This document shows, one piece after another, positions 26,848 through 38,511 of a stretch of 55,238 bases of DNA. The position numbers were made by a program, and so were the translations under genes. This stretch comes from Ruditapes philippinarum (taxonomy: Eukaryota). Under the pieces are notes generated by a model. The model was not told where the DNA came from. It saw only the letters and a list, made by a program, of their open reading frames with translations, and ran no database searches. The stretch spans positions 1 to 55,238 of the forward strand of contig NW_026853223.1 of assembly GCF_026571515.1 (NCBI RefSeq), written 5' to 3'. Position 1 is the first letter of the stretch. Every line of letters begins with the position of its first letter.

Positions 26848-27843
26848 TATATCTACCATTTCGTCATGTTTGACAACGTCTTTCAGACAGTTTAGTCTAA
26901 ATGACTCTTCTTGAATAAACTGCTGTATAGCATTATTATGTATTTTCATATCAGTTGTCTTGATATAAGACAACAAGTTACCTATATTTTCAACAGATGC
27001 GGCAATATGCTGCTGTGTATATAATCTAACTCCCCAAAACATCATCTTGACAATTTTGGAATAAGTCAGTCAATACGTTATGGTCTATACATACCAACTG
27101 GCATTGTGATAAAATGCGGAAACAAACTGTGCAGTTACAAATGTTTAAATTTTATTCCAACAAATTATGTGCTTCTGTTACAAATAGTTAAACACCAACA
27201 TTATAAATATGCTCCGACAAGATTTCCCTTTTCCTTTCAACGCAATCCGTATCACAATTAAAGCAATTTAAACATATCCATTTAAGCTTTATTGTGAAAT
27301 TACTTTTTGAAACTTTTATATTGATTATATACTTTATTATTGTCGAGTCCACTTCATTTGACTATCTAGAATAAGTTTCATGTGAAAAAAAGATCGGCAC
27401 ACTTCTCCGATGTAATGCAATTAATTTAATAAGGTTGTCCCCAATCAAAGTATATTGAACTATATGCTACTACTTGTTTGTAGTGTAATTAAACAATGCA
27501 TTACATCCGAGCAATAATCAATAATAACATAAATTGAAAACAAGTTATCTAGTTTAAACTTTTCAATAAAAGTGTTGCCTTTACACTTTTCACCATGTAT
27601 AAATTTAAGAAACAATTCATATTGTTAATTCATCACAAGTAATTACTAAACATATGTTACCTTTCTAACAGACAAGTTTGTATCAATAATTAAAACCAAT
27701 CTTTTTATATTGATATTTTATGCTTTATTAATATATACGCTGAAAATATGTGACTTTGATAAAAAAAATATCATTTGGAGGTTTAAAGAAAAACAAACAA
27801 ACATCGAATAAGATAGATTTATTTCAGTAATTGAACTCATCTT
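26848..27843 (-). pseudogene. partial tandem duplicate of the P4HA-like upstream region and 5' part of exon 1
   Basis: Co-linear with 25911-26820; the ORF 27045-26833 has a deleted signal h-region (MMFWGVRLYTQQ) and stops after ~70 aa. Confidence 0.88.
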
Positions 27844-28418
27844 CTTTATTATACTTTGATTTTATAAAATTCATAACATATCACAGTATACAGAAACAAC
27901 CCAACTTTAGCATGATTTCAAATGAGCATAAAAAAGCTGGAGTGAAATGAACCTGATTCCTGTTCAAAACTGAAATATTATTTTTGTTTTCCTTTGACAT
28001 GTATCATTAGTCTTTTAATACAAACATGTTAGTAAAATAGTTAAAAACAAATACATTTTTAAGAAATTTAATTTAAATCAATTAATATACATGTATTCAC
28101 AAATATAGAATCTCTCCTTTCAAGATCGATAGAGAGGTGTGTCATTTATATGTTTTCTTTACTTACAGGTTAATATTTCTTATAAGTTATTATATGCCTT
28201 TATAACATTGTTTTGCACCACTCCAAATACGGTTAAGTACTGGTACAAGGCAGATAATGTGTTTTATATAGATTGCTGTTATATTGAACAAAATAACTCA
28301 GTATTCTAAAAAATGAGAAGAAAAACAGACAGCTTTATTATTAGACCATATTATTATTATTAAGCACAATCGGTCTTAATATTTTCAGCACTTTAGATAA
28401 AAATGCCTTAATTACATT

Positions 28419-29035
28419 TTATAATTTTGTGCAGTTTTCCTCTAATCCAAGTAAACCGAACTCTGAGTTTATTTCGCTGTCAAAATCATCTTCGGGTATT
28501 GAACCCAACCCACCAGAAAACCCGCTATCAGCGGTGCATCCATTTATTGCAATCTTGCAAGCTTCTGGTGGGGATGGAGAAACTACTTTTGTCAGGTCAG
28601 AGATTAAAGATCTTATTTCGCTCAAAGACTTTTTCAAATCATTGAATTCTTGCCGGTGCATTTGTTCCATATTTTTAATAAGAGCTCTTTGACATTTTAG
28701 TTCTTTTTCGATATCAAAATCTTGATTTCTAAGATGATGTACCATGTTTGTTAGATCAGTGAAATTACGCTTTAATTCATTAATGTCCTTTTGTTGAGCA
28801 ATGGTCAATTCCTTTAAAGCACAGCTGTGCAAATCGGCCTTTCCCTCAATTACTTTTATATGGTGTCCAAGTTCATTTATAACTCTGGTAGTTTTACACA
28901 TATCATATGTGCTGCTTACTCTGTTATGAATTGTTTCGTAATGCATTTCATGACGATATCTACTGTTGCTATGGTGATTAGCCTCGTGGTGAAACTTCTT
29001 GTGGTTGCATTTAACTTTCTTCAGATCAGTCTCGT
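28419..29035 (-). CDS. tandem-CARD protein, last exon (coiled coil and acidic tail)
   Basis: Phase-1 acceptor ctttcttttaaag|AC is in frame with ORF 28946-28419; heptad-like LKELTIAQQKDINELKRNFTDLTNMVHHL...FNDLKKSLSEIRSLISDL. Confidence 0.8.
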
Positions 29036-29193
29036 CTTTAAAAGAAAGATATACATATAGCTGAAATACATCTGTTTATTATGAAATATTACGACAGCTT
29101 GTGTTTATTTCGAGATTTCAATACTTTGAAAATAAGACATTATCTGCATAAAGATTAATGGAAAGGAAATAATAAAACGTCGGTAGTCCATAC

Positions 29194-29544
29194 CTGTTAC
29201 GGGTGACATCTGACGATCCTCTAAAAACGACAATAACTCAGCAACATCTCCCAGGCCACACTTTTTCAGTATGTCTGGTAACCGTTGCACCCACTCATGA
29301 GATTTTGTTGGTATAATGTTAAATATTTTATGAGCAGCCGCTAAAAGACCGTTGTTCCTTTTCTCTGATTCAACAATCTCTTTGTCTGCTTCATTCAATA
29401 GTTCTGCCTCAAACAGCAAATCTAAAAATTCATCAACATGGATGTTGTAGACAAGCTGTCTTGACATAAGAGCAAGTAATTTTCTTTTATCTTCTGTATC
29501 ATTTTCTGTCTCTGAGTTAAGCAGCTGGACGATCGCACTATAAC
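29194..29544 (-). CDS. tandem-CARD protein, CARD2 exon
   Basis: KRKLLALMSRQLVYNIHVDEFLDLLFEAELLNEADKEIVESEKRNNGLLAAAHKIF...HEWVQRLPDILKKCG is a CARD-fold pattern of RIG-I/MDA5 type; acceptor ctacag|GT, donor ACAG|GTATGG. Confidence 0.85.
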
Positions 29545-30056
29545 CTGTAGACATAGAAAAAACTTAGATAAAATAACACATTAGTTTCAATGTCCTCTTT
29601 TCAATATTATCTGAAAAAGGAAGGTTCAATTTTTCTTACGTAATCAAGTAAAGTTTTGAATATATGTTACATTGAAGGTCAAGGTGCATCATAAGACACT
29701 CGTATATGCAGATTTTAAGCACCATTTGTTTATTTATACTTATGGTAGAAATTACTATAGTTACTATAGCGATGGGCACTTTCTTCAAGGTGAGTGCTAC
29801 CGGACACTACGAGTATTTATTAATCACTTTATGTCACAAGTAATTATCTATTTCAATTAATGAACATACGGCGTTTGAGCACGACTGACAGAAACAAAAT
29901 TGTGATGAACTAAATTTGTCACAGGATTTCGAAATTTGATATTGTATGATTAACACTTCCAGAGAACCAAGGTCTGTTTAAGCAGCAATTAAATGCTATA
30001 ATTGTGTATCATCAGATATTTGTATATCTAATTAAGTATCTTTTTATGATACCGAC

Positions 30057-30807
30057 CATTATTATCCAAAGCTTCTATAAAGTTCTGCCATTTCCCTTGT
30101 TCAGGTGAGTGTCTGATATGTCCAAGTAACATGTCTACTGGTCGGAGACCATCAACCGGACACTTTTGGAACATTTGCCAGTACAGAGTTCATAATTTTT
30201 AACCTAGAGACCAAAAAATTTGACACAGTTCAGCTAGGTTCTTCTCCTAACTAACAAACTAGTTTGTTTATTTCTGATTGTAATGACACTTTCATCTGAG
30301 GCTCGACAAGGAGGGTATCAAAATTACCTAAATTGTCAACACTACAGTACCATGTGTCCGGACAGCTATGTGCATGATATGATTTAATTCAGATAAAAGC
30401 TTGGGTGTTTTGATTTTTGATTTGTAACATGATATACAGTATGTCAGCAACAAATGCTGAACTTTTGGATATTCTATTATTCACTCTGCGAATGATTATA
30501 GCTGGTAATTGAGGTCAGGCATTGCTTTCTTTACCCCCGAATTTCAACGTCAACATTCTTGAAATATAAATTAAAATATTACCATTTACGGAGGTTGAAA
30601 TACATTTATTTACTTAATTTTAAAAGAAACATGCACTTATTGTTGATAAAAAGTGACTGACAACCACCGAACAAAGAAAATACTAAATTAAGCATTTTCG
30701 GGGCCGTCCGGATTTAGTGGTTGTCCGGTTTTTGTGGTCCCCAACCAGTACAGCTGCTTGCCGTGATTCTTTTGATCTTCTCTCTATTTCTTCTTTGTAA
30801 ACATCGT
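30057..30807 (-). CDS. tandem-CARD protein, CARD1 second exon, interrupted by a TIR element (30138-30748)
   Basis: Removing the insert and one TA gives DDVYKEEIERRSKESRQAAV-DMLLGHIRHSPEQGKWQNFIEALDNNG in one frame; acceptor ttccctag|AC, donor AATG|GTCGGT, both phase 1. Confidence 0.82.
30138..30748. mobile_element. 611-bp non-autonomous TIR DNA transposon with TA target duplication (Tc1/mariner-type MITE)
   Basis: TA at 30136-37 and 30749-50; left end CTGGTCGGAGACCATCAACCGGACA, right end reverse complement CTGGTTGGGGACCACAAAAACCGGACA. Confidence 0.88.
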
Positions 30808-31207
30808 CTAGGGAAAATGATAAAATATTTGTTTTAGACATAAAAAAATTAAGAAACCATTTCGCCAGAAGCTGCCAAATATTAGCGAAAATGAGAAGCG
30901 CTTTTGTCAATTTTAGCAACTACTCTCCAACTTCTTATTTTAAATGTGTAATAAAAAGTCTTATCAAAATTAAATTCAAAACAAGTATGAATTATAAAAG
31001 ATATATATTAACAGTTAAATCAGACGAAAATCATTCAAATGAAATAATAATTCTCAGACGTTCCATTCACAGAGGAATGCTCATCAGTTAAAGCTATTGA
31101 CACGTTCATATACCATACGATTATTAGTATAAGATATATACTCATTTATACTAGATCTCGTAAATGATTCCCTATAAATCAGAATAATTCGTATAGAAAT
31201 TCTTTAC

Positions 31208-31430
31208 CAATACAGTGAATATCTTTTAAGAGGTCCTCAACGCGCAGATCCATTTGTAATCTTTTCTTGTAAACGTCTACCATGAACTCAATTTGTTGAG
31301 GTCGACACACGCTGCAATTTACACGCATGTAATCCTTAGAACTAGTGTGTCCACTCGCAGAAGTGTCTGCTGTAAACGCCGAATCTTTGGATGAATTTGT
31401 TCGTTCACTCATCCTTGGGAATGACCCCCT
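31208..31430 (-). CDS. tandem-CARD protein, linker and CARD1 first exon
   Basis: RGSFPRMSERT...QQIEFMVDVYKKRLQMDLRVEDLLKDIHCI; acceptor ttattag|AGG (phase 0), donor ATTG|GTAAAG (phase 1). Confidence 0.8.
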
Positions 31431-32245
31431 CTAATAACACAATAAAAGAAATAAATTTAAAAGTGATATAGTCCATAATGGAAGGTCTTTAATATCATGA
31501 CTTATAATGTTGTTTGCATAAAATATCATAGGCGACAACAAACCAAGAAAGAATTGAATATGGATATTGATGGCGAGGATGAGATACATGATTCGATAAG
31601 ACAAAAACATACAGCAGTTTAAAATGTAGAACATGTTAACATGTGTATGTATTATTCATATGAATAATCATACTAAATCACTATGGACATTTTCAACAAA
31701 TATGTTTCATAAGAATATCTCCAAATGATACATTCCTTGAGTTTTAATCAATATTTGAAATACTTTTGGAAAATATATCAATTGCATACGAATCAACTAT
31801 GTTTAAATGATCTAACATATTATATTAATTTCAATATCAATTCAACGTGTGGAATCATAGATAAATTGTATAAAAACTGTTGTATAATAACTGTTGTAAA
31901 TTGTATAATAACTGACAATCTTTGACAAAAGGCATACACGAATAGGGGTGTATGGGAAAGAAACCAGAGGACCGGGGAGGGGTGGGGTTGATCGTGGTGG
32001 CAAACTAGGGTAAAGAGGATAGTTTGGGACAAAAATAAGAAAGGACACAACAAATTATATCACAATAGAATGTAGTAATAAACAATACATACATCTTATG
32101 AAACTTATAGGGGCACCGCCTTGGAACGATAGCCGCAAAGTCTTTTCTGGGGTGTTTAAACATGTTAATGGTGCACAAAATCTCACTAACATGATCCTGT
32201 TAAACGGGTAGTGCAAATAGCATGAGAGGTCATGTGTTAACTTAC

Positions 32246-32308
32246 CCGGAAGTATTCAGGATTATCCCATCCTATTGTATGCTCGTCAGCAAGTGCGACT
32301 GCATGTGG
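32246..32308 (-). CDS. tandem-CARD protein, 63-nt exon PHAVALADEHTIGWDNPEYFR
   Basis: tattttag|CCA...CGG|gtaagt; phase 0-0, open frame. Confidence 0.72.
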
Positions 32309-32914
32309 CTAAAATATAAATAACACATGTAGAGATAATTATACAAATTCTATGTCTAAAATTTAATATGCACTAGTATATTAATACTTATTCGGTTAAT
32401 TTATTCATGATTCATTGTCAATTCTAGTATTTATGTCGTGCTTTATATATGTCAGCGTTTGTATTCGTGTGTATCATTTTATCAGCTAAGTATCAGTAGG
32501 CGGTTACTCTTTTTTAACTAGCATCAGGGGCTAAATGTCTGCTCATTAAAAATTTTATATGAAAAAATAATGTACAAAACTAGTTATTTTCAAACGATAT
32601 AAAGAAAAATAAGAGTTCACTTTTAAACAGTGATTTCATTCTCATTCTAAATCAAAGTCAAATAAAAAAACCTTAAAAGCCGACAAACATGGCCAAATTG
32701 AAACTTGTAATCTCCGTTTGATGAAGTGGTAGTTGGTGCAACATACAGACAGTTCTCTCGACACCAGCTTGACCTGAAGTCTTCATTTTTAATTAAGAAT
32801 CATCCAAATGTGAGATCAAGGTGAGATACAGCGGTGATCAAAGAACTTCCAATGTGATAATTCTTTCCATTGTATACATTTACTCAGTTAAAACAATTAC
32901 GAAACTATAGTTAC

Positions 32915-32977
32915 CTTTCGTACAGATGGCTTTGGATGAATTGTAGCATACACATCAACATCATCGCTTAAAGACAT
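32915..32977 (-). CDS. tandem-CARD protein, 63-nt exon MSLSDDVDVYATIHPKPSVRK
   Basis: tttctacag|ATG...AAG|gtaact; phase 0-0. Confidence 0.72.
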
Positions 32978-33805
32978 CTGTAGAAATAAAAGATATTTAA
33001 AATAGCATTTCTCTTTTACAAAAAAAAAAGAATATGAACGTGATGAATAATAAGCTGTTTGACAGCCTGCCTAGGAACAATGGGATGGCAGAACTGTGTT
33101 TTGGTAAATTAAATGCGGTTGACTGCCGTGTTTCTGCTTGGATGCTCTTACGCATGAAAGTTGATGGAACAATGTTTAAAAAATGTTATTTTTGGAATAT
33201 TGTATACGTTTCGGTAAGAAAAAATCATTTCAGTATAGTTTTGTTACCATCAGCACATTTATTGAAACAAGACATATTAGAATTAATTTTTTAATATCAA
33301 ATTTCTCCAGTGTTGTGCTCAGCTCTCAAAAGAATAATCATTATGCAATCATTTTCACAGTAGTATCTGAAGGTTATAATACATGTTGTTTTAACAGGAG
33401 AAAAAAAGAATATGGTTATAAAAATGCACTGATAATAAATATCCACTTATTAGACCAATCCTGCACTTTGGTTCTGTCCGCTGGTGGTCTTAATAGAGGG
33501 TTTTTACTGCACTATCAAATACTAATGTTGCTTTCCAAATTTGCCATTTTGTCATAATTATTATAAAGGATAATTTCTATTTTTATTAATTTATGTGCAA
33601 ATGGCCTAGAAAATAATCTGCATTTGACCTCTTAAAAAGTTTTCACTTATATCTGGTTTATATTTTTTTCATTACCAGGCATACTCAATCATTTCATTAA
33701 TGTACCAATAGTTATCAAATAGCAGGATGAGCTTAAACGATGAAAACAAATAAAGCACCCTCATCCCAAGTACAACGGTTTTGATTGCAATTTGTGAAGT
33801 TATGT

Positions 33806-34000
33806 TGGCGGCGTGGCCGAGTTATTAATGCGATTAGTAATCTAAGGATTGTTCAAATGCTGTCAGGGGCAAGCCATTGTTTCCTTGACCGAGAAACTTT
33901 ACATTCATTGCTTACCACTGGCTGGTTCCAGGAACGGATTCGAGAGTGTAATAATAAGCTGAAAGCTTCCAAGACAATCGAACCAAAATAAATTTGCATA
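33806..34000 (+). mobile_element. degraded tRNA-derived SINE (CORE-like)
   Basis: GGCGGCGTGGCCGAG head; TTTCCTTGACCGAGAAACTTTAC...TTGCTTACCACTGGCTGGTTCCAGGAACGGATTCGAG body resembles CORE-SINEs. Confidence 0.65.
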
Positions 34001-34023
34001 AACTAATTTGTCGTGAAACATAC

Positions 34024-34185
34024 ATTGTCATTGGTCTCAGCTTCTCCGCCATCATTTGCCAATCCTGTGCATGTGCCTTTTATTCCATTTATGTCGGTTC
34101 TAGACATAGACTGTTCGCTTTGATGATGATCTCTTACATTTAGAACTTCCAGTGTTGTTAAATAGTCTGGGTTTTCGTAAGAATT
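34024..34185 (-). CDS. tandem-CARD protein, 162-nt exon NSYENPDYLTT...ETNDN
   Basis: ttgtttatag|AAT...AAT|gtatgt; phase 0-0, 54 open codons. Confidence 0.72.
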
Positions 34186-34690
34186 CTATAAACAAGAGAA
34201 AAGATTATCGTAATTATGTTGCATCACTACCTCCCCTGATCTGTACAGAAATCGAATAATTAAGGGGAGATCACCGCATGGAGATTGGTAAATGATTACG
34301 CTTGAATATTTTATGTATCAGACGAAATTATTGAAGAGAAGATCAAAATCTGACATTATAATGTGAAGAAATAACGAGTTATTTTAAAATGTGTTATAGA
34401 TTAATCGACTTTTATAATATGTGTGAATGAAATGCAACATTAAATTTGTAGAAGTAAATAGACCTTGGTTTAAAATCAGAAATGTGTACATAAATTGATG
34501 AACAAGGGTACAGTAGAGATATATGTTGCTGCTCATTATAAGAGTATAAAAGGCTCGAGAAGTTGATGTCGCCCTTTCACAAAATCTGATTTCATTCCAT
34601 AAAAGGCGCCGCGCTTCGGCGCGGACGCCAATTATGTAAATCCGCCATGAAAATCAGGTGATCCATAAACAATGTATTTATCTAGTTTAC

Positions 34691-34747
34691 CTTTAATGTT
34701 GCCGACTGACCGCTTTGAAGTCTACGAGGAAAGGTCGGGCATGGTGA
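34691..34747 (-). CDS. tandem-CARD protein, 57-nt exon SPCPTFPRRLQSGQSATLK
   Basis: atttcag|TCA...AAG|gtaaac; phase 0-0. Confidence 0.68.
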
Positions 34748-35221
34748 CTGAAATATCATGTATGAAACAAAAGTGAAAAAGTTAGTGTATTAAGGTTTTT
34801 GTATGCACAGTGTATGCATTTAAAATTAAATAATTTTAATGTGTTAATATTTCACTAGTAAATGCTTTGGTGAGACAGTCTGGTGCTGTTGATTTCACAT
34901 ATTCTTTAAACCTGGGACATAATGAAATATTTTTTTACGCTCAGCGTATCTCTTTCACAGTTTTACCAGTTTTACGAGAATTTGATTTCTCTCAGAAATG
35001 GTATGACCTTATAAAATGCCAAAATTAGTACATTGGTAAAAATCATATAAATTCTGACTAGATTTATGTTGAAATCGTGATATGGTAAATGTTGCAGTGA
35101 AATGATTACTCTTTTAAACTGTATATACCTGAACATTATCATCATTTGAAGAAAATAAGACCAGCGTTTGAGTCTTCATTTTTAGAAAATAACAAAGAAA
35201 ACTGAATATACATCGACTTAC

Positions 35222-35371
35222 AGGGGGATTCTCTTTAATATCAGGAATTTCATTAGGAATCTCCTCTATGTCATGGGTAACATTTCTAACACCTTGTAAC
35301 GATGCAGGATCCCAACCGCTTATGACACTGACACCATAATCTTGACATTGCTGGTAGCGACTGGCCCTCAG
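35222..35371 (-). CDS. tandem-CARD protein, 150-nt exon LRASRYQQ...KENPP
   Basis: aatttcag|CTG...CCT|gtaagt; 50 open codons. Confidence 0.65.
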
Positions 35372-36270
35372 CTGAAATTTATAACGGTATTCAAAATTAA
35401 TTCTCCTCTCTTTTATTACACTTTATTTCCCCTTTCCATAGATTTTAAATTGAATAGAAAATTATCTTTACACAGTCATTACATTTTATACAATAATTCA
35501 AACATAGTAAATATAGGTCATGTTTAAACATAGGTTAAGCACATGAATTTATGACATGCATCGTAATATATACACACATTTACAAATAGTCCTAACTATC
35601 ATTTTCTACACCCATTTAGAAGAAATTTTTGCATAGTTGTATATTGAAGTAATCTGTAAAATTATATTTTCTTAGAATTCTAAAAATATCAGGTATAAAT
35701 TCTTTCTGAATAATGGAATTTCCATTTATAGCAAATCTAAGATCGAAAATTTGTTTTGCCAGTAGATGTATTTGCGTTGTTTATAGTTTTTCGAGTAAAC
35801 GTAATTTTCTTTTGACAATATTTGACCACACTGAAGGCCAACCAAGCATACTTAATGCGATGTCCGTTCTTGTTCGTTGACTTGTTTGGCACAGAATCTT
35901 AAAAACATTTCTACAATACTTAAATCATTCAATGCCATGCTATTCCCTATTTCAAAGCCATTAAGTGTAGTAGGGAAAACTATTTTTCAGTCATATTTGC
36001 AAGAATCATTGAATTTATTTAAGAGATTTCATTTCTTAAGTCCAATAGTGAAAAGGCAACCTCGGACTTCTGAGCACAAGTTTCGATTAAATTGGTACAT
36101 TGTTGTAATGGACCAACTAGTTTTAGATTCTTTGACGCTATTTGAATCATTAGAGGAATGTGTGTATGTTCCTGTCAAAAACTTGCTGTTTTCTTTATTT
36201 TCATGAATAGGAATACACAAGAACTATTTGATAAATTACTAGCTTAAACATTTACAAAACCTCCAACATA

Positions 36271-36328
36271 CCTGTCTACTGCTAGAAATGTTACCTTTCT
36301 TCTTCTGTTGTGAAAAATGATTTCCCAT
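36271..36328 (-). CDS. putative first coding exon of the tandem-CARD protein (MGNHFSQQKKKG...)
   Basis: Acceptor ttgtag then AAAATGG start; donors AAAG|GTAACA (after 36295) or CAG|GTATGT (after 36271). Probable next exon at ~36171-36061; the exact path to 35371 is ambiguous. Confidence 0.5.
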
Positions 36329-36415
36329 TTTATCTACAATTTTAAGAGAAATGAATGATTCAGAAGCAATTTATTTTAATGACACTAACAACACTAATTA
36401 AGTCTTGTTTTGTCG

Positions 36416-36925
36416 TTCTGTGTGTCAGCGTGTGTTAGAAGATCCCGGGTACTAGTGTGTATTCTGTATATCAGCGTGTGATGGAAGATCCTGGGTACTA
36501 GTGTGTATTTTGTGGGTCAGTGTGTTATTGAAGATCCCGGTAATTGTGTGTATTCTGTGTGTCAGCATGTGACGGAGAACCCAGAAACTTGTCTGTATTC
36601 TGTGTGTCAGCGTGTGATGGAAGATCCCGGGTATAAGAATGTATTTTGTGTGTTAGCGTGACGGAAGATCCCGAGTACTAGTGTTTTCTGTGTGTCAGTG
36701 TGTTATTGAAGATCCCGGTACTTGTGTGTTTTCTGTGTATCAGCGTGTAACGGAAGATCCCAGGAATTTGTGTGTATCTGTGTGTCAGTGTGTGATTGAA
36801 GATCCCGGATACTTGTGTGTATTCTTTGTGTCGGTGTGTGACGGAAGATCACGGGTTCTTGTTTGTATTCTATGTGCAGCGTGTTACTGAAGATCGCGGG
36901 TACTTGTTTGTATTCGATGCATGTC
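36416..36925. repeat. minisatellite, ~46-bp unit, ~11 copies
   Basis: Unit ~TTCTGTGTGTCAGCGTGTGACGGAAGATCCCGGGTACTTGTGTGTA, head-to-tail, no spacers. Confidence 0.93.
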
Positions 36926-37519
36926 TGAATGAGATTTTTTTCAGGTGCTGTTTTCTTTTCAAAAGACAAAACACACAAGATTTCGGGATCTCATGTATAG
37001 CTAGTTTAGTCTTGTGTTTTATAGTGTTTTCTCCTATCTTTAATCACCTTTGTGCATAGTAAGATTTTATTTTGTTTTATTTTGTTATATTCTTTTTTGC
37101 ATCATTTTCTTTTTGTGATACATATTGTACAATAAATATAACCATACAAACAATTTTGATGTACGTTTTTTTTGTAAATAATAATAATAATAATCATTGC
37201 TTTTCACATCGTCCTTATCTGACGGTATATTTATGTTCTGTATCATAGTTTGGAGACCTTTCTGTTGAAAATGTGTCAGGGCTAAATCGTATACATATAC
37301 ATGCACAGTGCGTTAACTGGAGTGCGGGTATTAGTTACCCGCACTCCAGAGCATGCTCATTGATTGGCTCATTTTTGCTGAGGTTTACAAATTGTGACGG
37401 CAGAGAAAGGGAAAGCGACAGAAATATCATATTCAGATGTTCGTTCATTGGTTCATTTTTCCGGGGTTTCATATTGTGACAACAGGGAACGTGTTTTTAT
37501 GTTTGACTATGATACAAAA

Positions 37520-37620
37520 GAGAAAGAACACCAAAACACTCGGTAATCTGATTAATACTCGGGGGCCACGCCCCCTCGTACAAATCAGATAACCTCGTGT
37601 TTCGGTGCTCTTTTCTATTA
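37520..37620. repeat. imperfect palindromic element with GC-rich central loop
   Basis: AACACCAAAACACTCGGTAATCTGATT..TACTCGGGGGC-cac-GCCCCCTCGTA..AATCAGATAACCTCGTGTTTCGGTGCT. Confidence 0.65.
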
Positions 37621-38511
37621 CTTGACTAATTCATAAGACAGTGAATTATATTCTTAAAGCCAGCAATACAATACCGAGGGGGGAAAAGACAATATCATAT
37701 GAAAATGCAATGCCGGAAAATTACAAACAGCTCCTCGAACATTTCGTTAACAAAAAAATATGCGATATATTTGCAGGCAGTTAAACTAACCGCATTAGAT
37801 TTTAGGCAATGTAATATACGTAAAACATGACAGACCAATTTATTTACTTCCCGGTTTGTTGTTTATTCTTCAATAGACATGTAGACGTTCCTAGCTGAAC
37901 TTAGTTAACCTTGTCAAAGCTGTCACAAGTAGATAATTTGAAAATTATTATAACAATACAGCAATCAGATTATCTAATGTAGGTTACAGATCAAAGACAT
38001 AAGATATACTTAAAACGCAATAACTATTATTATGTATTGCAAGATCAGATATGACAATACCATAGAAATTGTTGTTAAGATAATATCTTTTTAACACAAC
38101 TTCATCGTGTCCTTTTAAATTTTGTTTACCACAAATCCTTGAGTTACCACAGGAATTTAGGTTACATGTGGTCAAAATGTTTTTTCTGGTAAAGGATAAG
38201 GTTAAGCGTTAATTTTAAAACATACTGTATATAAAATATAGAACGCGGCTTCAGTTGAGCAACCTCCTTAAACATAATAAAAAATAATGTTATCAGCCAA
38301 TTGTAACCCCGGGTACAATCCCATGCAGGTCTTAACCGGGGAAGGGGCCAGAAGTCTCCGTTGTTGATGATAGAAATGGTTGGTGCATTACCACTGCAGA
38401 TTATTTCAAGGAAAAAAATCCCTCATTTCAAATGTTTGTTGATCCAGTATTTCAAGTCAACATTTCACCAATGCAATTTAAGCAAAAATCTCTTTTTTAC
38501 TTTTATGTTCG

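Noticed and set aside
28419-31430. Calling the CARD gene RIG-I/MDA5 or MAVS
   Set aside because: No DExD/H helicase motifs follow the CARDs, the last exon stops after a coiled coil, and there is no C-terminal TM helix.
36681-37059. Cys/Val-rich repetitive ORFs
   Set aside because: Translations of the 46-bp minisatellite, whose unit length is not a multiple of three.
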